A program made the translations under genes and the position numbers. Shown piece after piece: positions 1 to 7,254 of a stretch of DNA of 64,000 nucleotides. Origin of the DNA: Desulfovibrionaceae bacterium. GTDB taxonomy: Bacteria; Desulfobacterota; Desulfovibrionia; Desulfovibrionales; Desulfovibrionaceae. The notes beneath the pieces were generated by a model. It worked only from the letters and a program-made list of their open reading frames with translations, ran no database searches and was not told where the DNA came from. The stretch lies in NCBI GenBank assembly GCA_017454005.1, contig JAFTDU010000007.1, positions 19,522 through 83,521 on the forward strand, read 5' to 3'. Numbering within the stretch: position 1 is the first letter of the stretch; each line of letters opens with the position of its first letter.

Positions 1-1113
1 CAGGTGATCAATGGCATGCTCATCGCGGCTCAATTCGATTTGGTATTCACCAGCAAGTTCAGGGAATTGCCCAATGACAGCGGCAAATTGGCCTGGATAC
101 AGATTGACCCCACGGTAAATAATCATGTCATCGGAGCGGCCTAAGATTTTATCATGCATGGGCATATTGAGGCCACAGGAACAACGTTTTTTCAAGATCC
201 TCGACAAATCATGGGTGCGATAACGGATTAGGGGCACAGCTTCTTTGCGGAGACTTGTTACGACCATTTCCCCAATTTCGCCCTGGGGCACAGGTTTTAA
301 GGTTTGGGGATCTATGATTTCAATGATGAATAAATCGGCCCAATAGTGCAGACCCTCGTGATATTTACAATCAATTGCTGTCCCAGGTCCATACATCTCA
401 GTCATGCCAGCGATGTCATAGCTTGCTTCAAGGCCCAATTTTTCTTCAATGGTTTCGCGCATTTTTTGGCTGCGCGTCTCCGAACCACAGATCATGCTTT
501 TGAGGGCGATTTTATCCCTTAAGCCGCAGCGATCCACTTCTTCTGCTAGAAGGAGAGCCATAGAGGCTGTAGCACCAAAACATGTGGCTTTAAGATCTTG
601 TAAGAGCTGTAAGTGCAGTTCGAGGTTGCCTGGACCTACAGGAATAGTTAGCATGCCAAGCTTTTCGCTGCCTGCTTGAAAGCCAGCTCCTGCCGTCCAT
701 AAGCCATAGCCCACAGCAGCTTGAAGTCGATCTTCATTTGTTAAACCAGCCAATTCAAAACAACGTGCCATCTGGAGCGCAAATGTCTCAGTATCTTTTT
801 GTGTATAGGCTAAGATCTTGCGTTTGCCGGTGGTACCACTGGAGGCATGAATGCGTACCACATCTTTTTGCGGGACACACAGTAGAGGAAAAGGATAACC
901 ACGGCGTAAGTCTTCCACGTCGGTGAATGGGAGTTTTTGTAAATCGTCGAGGCTTTGAATATCATCTGGAGTAAGGCCTACTTGGGCAAAGAGTGCCTGA
1001 TATTGGGGGGAGGCAAAGGCACGCTTAACCGTTTGTTTGAGGCCTTCAAGTTGCATCGCGGCGAGAGTGCTGTCACTGAAATTAGGAATAAAACGATAGA
1101 TATGTTTTGGCAT
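1..1113 (-). CDS. paaK: Phenylacetate-CoA ligase family protein (runs off the window start)
   Basis: Manual minus-strand translation from ATG at 1113: MPKHIYRFIPNF...DDLQKLPFTDVEDLRRGYPFPLLCVPQKDVVRIHASSGTTGKRK, which contains the adenylation P-loop SSGTTG. Missing from the ORF track because its stop lies outside the window. Confidence 0.85.
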   Translation of the reverse strand, partial: MPKHIYRFIPNFSDSTLAAMQLEGLKQTVKRAFASPQYQALFAQVGLTPDDIQSLDDLQKLPFTDVEDLRRGYPFPLLCVPQKDVVRIHASSGTTGKRKILAYTQKDTETFALQMARCFELAGLTNEDRLQAAVGYGLWTAGAGFQAGSEKLGMLTIPVGPGNLELHLQLLQDLKATCFGATASMALLLAEEVDRCGLRDKIALKSMICGSETRSQKMRETIEEKLGLEASYDIAGMTEMYGPGTAIDCKYHEGLHYWADLFIIEIIDPQTLKPVPQGEIGEMVVTSLRKEAVPLIRYRTHDLSRILKKRCSCGLNMPMHDKILGRSDDMIIYRGVNLYPGQFAAVIGQFPELAGEYQIELSRDEHAIDHL

Positions 1114-1548
1114 AGATTTAAAGGCTTAAGTGCAAAACAGTTTGCTTGGCTAAAAGAAGAGTAAAAAATCAATCTTTGAACTTACAACATGACAAAAGCT
1201 TTATATTTGAAGCAAAATATTTATCTATTAATATAGCTTGATAAAATTGAATATATTTTGGTATTTAAGAGAATCTTTTTATGCGCTATGTAGATTTTTG
1301 GGAAGGACAATGTTTGTTCTATTGATATAATGATTTATAATAAAGAATATAATTTAGGACATAAAATTTAGTGTACAATAAATAACGTAGTATATATATG
1401 GAGTCATATGATCTAGATGCAAGTAGGTTAAAAAATATAGATGCGTCTAATAATTTAGGGTCTAAGACAAAAAAATTGTGATTGACAAACAAATATAAAT
1501 TTGTTGAAATTATCTTAAAAATTAGGCAAATATTTTTTAAGGAGCAGT

Positions 1549-2072
1549 ATGCAGGAGTCGAGCGTAGCCTTGCAGGTGTTAGCGTATTTGCGCAAACGCT
1601 ATCCTAAACCTGCGACTAATTTACATTTTAGAACCCCTTGGGAGTTGTTAGTGGCAACAGTGCTCTCGGCGCAATGTACCGATGCAAGGGTTAATCTCAT
1701 AACACCCAAGGTCTTTGCCACCTGGCCAAGCCCAAAAGACATGGCGCAAGCACGCATAGTTGAACTTGAAGCTGCCATCAAGTCCTGTGGCTTTTACCAC
1801 AATAAGGCTAAGAATTTAAAAGCCTGTGCCAAGCGTATTGTGGAAACATTTGCAGGAGAAGTGCCTAAAAATTTGGATGACTTGCTTTCACTCCCAGGTG
1901 TTGCCCGCAAAACGGCCAATTGTGTGCTCTTTGGTGCCTTTGGCATTAATGCCGGCTTAGCTGTTGACACTCATGTGAAGCGTATTAGTTTTAGATTAGG
2001 ACTTACACAATCCAAACAGCCAGAAACTATTGAGCAAGATTTGTTAAAGCTTTTTCCCCAAGAAGAATGGGT
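1549..2072 (+). CDS. nth: Endonuclease III, exon 1
   Basis: ELLVATVLSAQCTD, HhH motif LPGVARKTAN, AVDTHVKR. AAGGAG RBS at about 1539. The frame stops just after W174 and lacks the Fe-S domain. Confidence 0.93.
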
Positions 2073-2112
2073 AGCCTAGCCTAAGCATTAGGCCCTGATT
2101 TAACTTAAGAAT

Positions 2113-2507
2113 ACCCTTCGTAGCAAGTAATTGCTGCGAACTCAACGTTAAATGCTTTGAATCCCTAAAGCCATGCTACCTACACAGTAGATGGAAACAT
2201 CAAGCTGCCAGTGGTGCGAAAGCAGAAAAAACAGCATGGATAGCGCACGGTGAAAAGAAGCCTACACGCAAGAACAATGGGTGTTTAGCAGGGACAGTCC
2301 TAAGATTTTTGGCGCTTGCGCCTAAAGTTATGGAAGACCCCCAACGACTATCTCCTTAAGAGGGAGAGTAAAGCAGGAAGTGAAGGCCTGAAGAAAAATG
2401 TTGCGCCAAAATTATTTGGCTGAAGATATAGTCTGCGCTCATGTGAAAGCATGAGAGGTCTTAAAAGACTGCAGAAAGAGTTGCGTCTTTCTGTGAACAC
2501 ACTAAAG
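2113..2507 (+). ncRNA. Group I ribozyme core A (IA-like, with P7.1/P7.2)
   Basis: P2 2117-2140 with GUAA loop. P3 CAACGUU 2143-2149 / AAUGUUG 2397-2403. P element AAAUGCUUUGAAUCCCUAAAG, Q AAUGGGUGUUUAGCAGGG, R CCCCAACGACUA at about 2339-2350, S GAAGAUAUAGUC 2422-2433. P8 GCCAAA/UUUGGC and P9 hairpins. 3' boundary uncertain. Confidence 0.88.
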
Positions 2508-2544
2508 TAAGCCCAGAAGCTTACTTGAACGGGCTTGTGACAGA

Positions 2545-2958
2545 ACCCTTTACATCTTGTAAGAGGTGTAAATGCAACGTTAAATGCTTTGAATCCCTAA
2601 AGCCTTACACCTAAACAGTAATCTGAAAAGATAAGCTGAAGGCGCGAAAGCAAAAAAAACGTAAGGATGGCATAAGGTGCAAGACAAGCGGATCTCCGTC
2701 CTAAGTGCCATAATAATGGGTGTTTAGCAGGGACAGTCCTAAACTTTTTTTAAGCATGGAAGACCCCCAACGACTATCTCCTTGTGGGAGAGTAAAGCAG
2801 GAAGCCTAGGCCTGAAGAAAAATGTTGCGCCAAAATTATTTGGCTGAAGATATAGTCTGCGCTCATGTGAAAGCATGAGAGGTCGAAAGACTACAGAAAG
2901 AGTTGCGTCTTTCTGTGAACAAGAAGAAAAAGTGCTCTTTTAAGTTGCACTCGTACGG
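2545..2958 (+). ncRNA. Group I ribozyme core B (paralog of core A)
   Basis: P2 2549-2572 with GUAA loop. P3 CAACGUU 2575-2581 / AAUGUUG 2821-2827. R at about 2765-2776, S GAAGAUAUAGUC 2846-2857. Same P8 and P9 helices as core A. 5' boundary uncertain. Confidence 0.88.
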
Positions 2959-3067
2959 AAATGTCAATCATCGCATGGTGTGGTTTGGACGTGAGATATG
3001 TAAGGCTCGTCAACCTTTGTGTCAGGAATGTGAGCTTCAAAAAATATGTCCACAATATGATGTATAA
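2959..3067 (+). CDS. nth: Endonuclease III, exon 2 (4Fe-4S cluster domain)
   Basis: Translates NVNHRMVWFGREICKARQPLCQECELQKICPQYDV*, containing the EndoIII C-X6-C-X2-C-X5-C motif. Confidence 0.93.
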
Positions 3068-3184
3068 TTAGGTACAATGTGTCTTAAATGATTTTGCTGA
3101 AAGTGCTTGCTGATCACGGGTTTAGTTTTACTACACGTTACAGAAAATTTTTTAGATTATAACATGCGCTAAAGGAAGAGCATT

Positions 3185-3874
3185 ATGCAGAATAAAGGTT
3201 TCGCCAATAGCGATAGATATCAGTTTAAGGTTAAGGCCTTGCCAGAAAAAAGCAGCTATTTTGTCTTTGGGCAAGATTCAGCCCAAAATGTCACCTTTGA
3301 TACGGCATCTGTGCAAAAGTTTTCTGCTAATGATTTTGTAAAGCTTGGGTCTGATTTTGAGACTCGGCAAGAGCCAAAGCAGAAAGTGCAAGATGACTGG
3401 CTTGAGTTTGGTTCACCCAATGTTCTGCCCTATTATAAAGCCCTAAATGCCATCTACCCTAATTTTACCATACGTAATTTTGGGCAGTTTTTTGCGACCA
3501 ACGATGGCACTAAAAGTGCTCCTCAAGAGGAAGTTGTTAATAATATCAACTTTACCAAGCAGAAGATGCAAGATAACACAGATACTTATGCTAAGGAACC
3601 TGTGAGCATCTTTGGTGGATCCCATTTAACTTCTTTTAAAGACTTACAGTTTAGCGTCTTAAAAGAGAAGCAGCTGCTTGCAATTAGTGGCCAAGATGAT
3701 CTAAAGCAATCTGTCTTATCATTTAAGAGTGCAGATGCAGGGCAAAGTTCTTACGAACAATTTGCGCATGCCTTCACCCAACAGTGGTTTAGTGCTGATG
3801 TCGATCTCACCAACATTACTCCTAATCTTAATAAAGACGCTGAGGCCACCTTTACCGTTAATACCAAAGACTAG
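3185..3874 (+). CDS. Hypothetical protein (229 aa)
   Basis: Long ORF with AGGAAGAG upstream; no recognisable motif. Confidence 0.6.
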   Translation: MQNKGFANSDRYQFKVKALPEKSSYFVFGQDSAQNVTFDTASVQKFSANDFVKLGSDFETRQEPKQKVQDDWLEFGSPNVLPYYKALNAIYPNFTIRNFGQFFATNDGTKSAPQEEVVNNINFTKQKMQDNTDTYAKEPVSIFGGSHLTSFKDLQFSVLKEKQLLAISGQDDLKQSVLSFKSADAGQSSYEQFAHAFTQQWFSADVDLTNITPNLNKDAEATFTVNTKD

Positions 3875-3888
3875 CTAAGCTCATTTAA

Positions 3889-3999
3889 ATACCGTGGGTC
3901 GCACGGAAATCTAGGCCTGTGGAGACAGCGTACCTCTTCGGCGAAAGTGCTGTTCTTGTTGAGGCAGGAAGCCCCCGCCTCTGGCGGGGGTACATTCAA
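3889..3999 (+). mobile_element. Orphan IS200/IS605 right end / TnpB omegaRNA-like element
   Basis: ACCGTGGGTCGCACGGAAATCTAGGCCTGTGGAGA...GAGGCAGGAAG, then hairpin CCCCCGCC-TCT-GGCGGGGG (3972-3990) and TACATTCAA. This resembles the 3' end of tnpB-type elements. No tnpA or tnpB nearby. Confidence 0.7.
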
Positions 4000-4219
4000 A
4001 AAGGCTAGTCTTGATAATTGTGCTGAAGCTTTTTAGGCTTTTACTCAAAATATTTGCCTCATATGCCAAATATTTTAGCTATATCCTAAATTACCCCGCT
4101 ACTCGACCGCGACCTTAAGAAACTGTAATATATAAGCTGCGGCAAGCACCCTTAAGCAACTAACTTTTTTGGCGATAGAGAAAAAGAAAACTAGCTTTAG
4201 CATCAAGGACTTAGCGACC

Positions 4220-5176
4220 ATGAGTCAAAATCTTTTGCACCAAGATCATAATAATGAACTGAAAATTATTGAGTTTTTGATTGAAGAAGAAATGCCAGAC
4301 GGCTCAATATATACAGGTCATTACGGAATCAATGTCGCTAAGGTGGTGAGTATTATACGGCAACCTGGTATAACCTCTCTGCCTAGTCAGACCGACTCTT
4401 CTGTCCTTGGTACATTTAATTTGCGGGGCAATGTGCTGCCCATCTTGGATTTGGCAGCGTGGATGGGGAAAAAGATGATCCCCAATCCCAATAATAAGGT
4501 CATTGTCACAGAATTTTGTAGTGTGCAATCGGCTTTTCTTGTCTCCAATGTCTCCAATATCCACCAGATCACCTGGGATGCAATTGAAGCGCCGAATAAA
4601 TATGTCGATATTTATTCGAATGCGAGCGTCACAGGTGTCTTACGTATTGGCGAAAAGGTGCTCTTTATTTTAGATATGGAAAAGGTCTTGAGCAGTCTAG
4701 ACCCCAGACTTGACATGAGCACGGCAGAGCTTGATACGAGTAAGGTTGTTGATGCAGAGCAGTTTCATTTATTGGTAGCAGATGACTCAAGTTCTCTTAG
4801 GCATATTATCAAGTCAGCTCTTGAAAAATCTGGCTTCCGCGTCACAACGGCTGTGAGTGGCCGCGATGCTTGGGATTATTTAATGAGTTTAGAGCCTGAG
4901 GCCCAGGCCAAGCATGCCAAGTTGACTGACTTTGTGCAATTACTCATTTCTGACATTGAGATGCCAGAAATGGATGGTCATGCCCTGACACGCAAGATTC
5001 GAGCTTCTGCTTTTACCAAAGATTTACCTGTCATTCTCTTTTCCTCCCTCATTACTGATGCTGTCCGCGAACTTGGCGTCAAGGCAGGAGCAGATCGACA
5101 AGTGTCAAAACCTGACTTGCCTGGTCTCAACAAGATTATTTGTGAATTATTAGATGAAAAATTAAAACGCCACTAG
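4220..5176 (+). CDS. cheV: Chemotaxis protein CheV (CheW + receiver)
   Basis: YGINVAKV...NLRGNVLPILDL CheW domain. C-terminal receiver with LLVADDS, SDIEMPEMDG, SKP. ATG at 4220 preferred over TTG at 4169. Confidence 0.9.
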   Translation: MSQNLLHQDHNNELKIIEFLIEEEMPDGSIYTGHYGINVAKVVSIIRQPGITSLPSQTDSSVLGTFNLRGNVLPILDLAAWMGKKMIPNPNNKVIVTEFCSVQSAFLVSNVSNIHQITWDAIEAPNKYVDIYSNASVTGVLRIGEKVLFILDMEKVLSSLDPRLDMSTAELDTSKVVDAEQFHLLVADDSSSLRHIIKSALEKSGFRVTTAVSGRDAWDYLMSLEPEAQAKHAKLTDFVQLLISDIEMPEMDGHALTRKIRASAFTKDLPVILFSSLITDAVRELGVKAGADRQVSKPDLPGLNKIICELLDEKLKRH

Positions 5177-5187
5177 TCGCATAAGAC

Positions 5188-6225
5188 ATGACTCCCTTGA
5201 CCGAGAAGGTCTTCCTTCCTTGGGCTACATCTAGCCCGCATCCAACTATTATTCCCTTTTTTTTGCCTTTTAGAGGTTGTCCTGGCAAGTGTCTGTTTTG
5301 CGCTCAAGATGTCTTTACGCGTGTATCCATAAATAAAGCTTGGGATTTGCAGAAGGCTTTAGAGGCCTTGAAAACAACTCTTGAAGAGCGGCTACGCTTG
5401 CATCTTGCTCCTTGTGAACTTGCTTTTTATGGGGGCACCTTTACAGCTCTCCCAGAGGCTGAATTTGCCATGTGTCTTGACTTTGCCCACATGGCTGTGT
5501 CTTCTGGGCTCATTTGCGCCTTACGCTGTTCCACGCGTCCAGATTATCTAGCGCCCAGTCGTTTAGAGCTCTTGCAAAAAGCCCACTTTACAACCATTGA
5601 GCTTGGGATCCAAAGTTTTGCCGAAGAAGTTCTTTTAGCCACCAAACGTGGCTATCCTGAAGACATAGCATATTCTGCCTGCATGCATATTAAAGATCTG
5701 GGCTTTACTTTGGGGGTTCAACTTTTGCCTGGGCTACCAAAGGCAACACCACAAACCTTTATTGCTGATGTGCGCACGGCCTTAAGTCTTAAGGCTGAGC
5801 TTTTACGGTTTTATCCCTGTCTAGTTGTGGCCAATACCGGGTTAGCTAGACTGTGGCAGGTAGGTCGCTTTAAGCCTTGGGATGTGCCAACAACCATTGA
5901 TGCTTTGGCAGCAGGCTTAAGGATCGCTTGGGATGCGCAAGTGCCTGTGATTAGGATGGGCTTAGCACCGCAAATGGATGCTTCGGCAATCCTGGCAGGC
6001 CCTTTGTGTGCAGATTTAGGCGCCAGGGTGCAGGCAAAAGCCCTCTTGCAAATAGTGCAGGCTAAGGCTTACCCAAAGAGGCTTAGCAAATTATATGTGC
6101 CAAAGCGCCTGCAAGGTTGTTTTTGGGGCCATAAGGGTGAGATGCGTAAAGATTGGGCTAGTATAGGACTTGGATCACGGAATGTGCATTTTGCTGCTTT
6201 GCCCTATTTAGAACTTGTGTTCTAG
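5188..6225 (+). CDS. Radical SAM protein (Elp3/YhcC-like)
   Basis: CPGKCLFC CxxxCxxC motif, FYGGTFT, STRPD, IELGIQS. Confidence 0.85.
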   Translation: MTPLTEKVFLPWATSSPHPTIIPFFLPFRGCPGKCLFCAQDVFTRVSINKAWDLQKALEALKTTLEERLRLHLAPCELAFYGGTFTALPEAEFAMCLDFAHMAVSSGLICALRCSTRPDYLAPSRLELLQKAHFTTIELGIQSFAEEVLLATKRGYPEDIAYSACMHIKDLGFTLGVQLLPGLPKATPQTFIADVRTALSLKAELLRFYPCLVVANTGLARLWQVGRFKPWDVPTTIDALAAGLRIAWDAQVPVIRMGLAPQMDASAILAGPLCADLGARVQAKALLQIVQAKAYPKRLSKLYVPKRLQGCFWGHKGEMRKDWASIGLGSRNVHFAALPYLELVF

Positions 6226-6240
6226 CGTTTTAGCAAAAAA

Positions 6241-6272
6241 AAAACTGTGGCTTTGAGCAGAGCCACAGTTTT
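6241..6272. terminator. Bidirectional intrinsic terminator
   Basis: AAAACTGTGGCT-N8-AGCCACAGTTTT between convergent genes, with A and T tracts on either side. Confidence 0.8.
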
Positions 6273-6313
6273 CTTTTGCTACGCTTGTGTTAAGGGTCTT
6301 TGTTGGTTAAGTA

Positions 6314-6814
6314 TTAGTGGGGCATATGCATGGGATGATGGGGCCCGTGGAAAGGACGAGGGGGCACATCAACACCAGGAATCGGTTTGGCAGGCTTTTT
6401 AATGCCGCATTCAGTGGCAATCTTTTTGTCAAAAGCCATTTGAAGATCCCGCTTGGCCGCACGCAACTTTAAGATTTCTTGGCAGACGGCCTCAACCCTG
6501 GCAACATCAGGTTGGGCAGCTTTTTTTAAAGCTTGCAAGACATTGACCTTTACAAATAATTGATCACGGAGCGATTGAAATTTGGGCGCAAATTCATCGC
6601 GAATGGCATAATATTTTTGCCGCTGTTCAGCGGTGATATTTTGCTGTGGGGGCATGGGTGGATGATGGAAGCCTGGGCCACAGGGGCCTTGTGGACCACC
6701 ATAATACCCGTCCATCATCCCAGGACAGGGCATGCCAGGTTGGGCAAAGGCTTGGCTAGCCGTAAAAAGGCCTAAGGCCAAAATGGCGATCCACAGAAAT
6801 TTGACTCCTTTCAT
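6314..6814 (-). CDS. Periplasmic Spy/CpxP/ZraP-family protein
   Basis: Signal peptide ending AFA, Gly/Met/Pro/His-rich N-terminus, helical ITAEQRQK...LRDQL...PDVARVEAV core, His-rich tail. Confidence 0.75.
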   Translation of the reverse strand: MKGVKFLWIAILALGLFTASQAFAQPGMPCPGMMDGYYGGPQGPCGPGFHHPPMPPQQNITAEQRQKYYAIRDEFAPKFQSLRDQLFVKVNVLQALKKAAQPDVARVEAVCQEILKLRAAKRDLQMAFDKKIATECGIKKPAKPIPGVDVPPRPFHGPHHPMHMPH

Positions 6815-6952
6815 AAGAACTCCTCTCGGTCTCCTTCAAGAGACATACGAGATACAAAGAATAGTTTTGAGACTTACATGGTGTCTACTTTATAAAAGTC
6901 ACTTGGCGTAAGTCTTAATTATTTAACCCTGGTGTGAACTGTCAGCTTTAGT

Positions 6953-6968
6953 TGCAAGGACTGTGCCA
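6953..6968 (-). promoter_or_regulatory. Sigma54 (-24/-12) promoter for the ZraP-like gene
   Basis: The minus strand reads TGGCAC-AGTCC-TTGCA, a perfect consensus about 140 bp upstream of the start codon. Confidence 0.85.
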
Positions 6969-7254
6969 CATCTTACACCTAGCAGATAGCTTACAATCGT
7001 CCTCAAAGCTGCATAAATTTTAAACAACCTGGCACAAGCTGTGTAATTTTTGAGCATTTAGCAAGGCTTAGAGTTTAAGTAAAAAGCTACACACGTTTTG
7101 CAAGAGCATGTAGTCTCAAGAGTTTAGGTGCTGCATATGTGTGCCAAACCTTTTGCTAGGTACTTGTCTATGTGGATCTGCAGCAAATTAACACAGCGAG
7201 CTTCTAGCTCTTTTTAAGCCACAACCATTTAGCTTAATTTTGGCATTAGGAAAT

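Larger units (their letters stand above)
2073..2958 (+). mobile_element. 886-nt composite group I intron in nth with two ribozyme cores and no ORF
   Basis: Removal restores the nth frame. The exon ends in U (2072) and the insertion ends in G (2958). Two sets of P/Q/R/S elements lie inside. An alternative register, 2071-2956, has the same length. Confidence 0.85.

Noticed and set aside
449-1172. Short ORFs 449-679, 738-926, 955-1164 and 978-1172
   Set aside because: They are shadow or alternate frames of the paaK-like gene.
1549-2079. nth as a truncated pseudogene (176-aa ORF)
   Set aside because: The intact C-terminal exon is present at 2959-3067, and the intervening DNA has group I intron structure.
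2143-2921. The two intron cores as an assembly duplication or CRISPR-like repeat
   Set aside because: The copies differ by many compensatory changes and indels, and there is no short repeat-spacer periodicity.
2071-2956. Group II intron reading (GU...AC ends, W-G-N junction)
   Set aside because: No GUGYG start, no convincing domain V, no RT ORF, and the interior is clearly group I. Kept only as an alternative junction register.
7029-7150. Additional TGGCAC motifs as sigma54 promoters
   Set aside because: They lack a GC at the correct -12 spacing.
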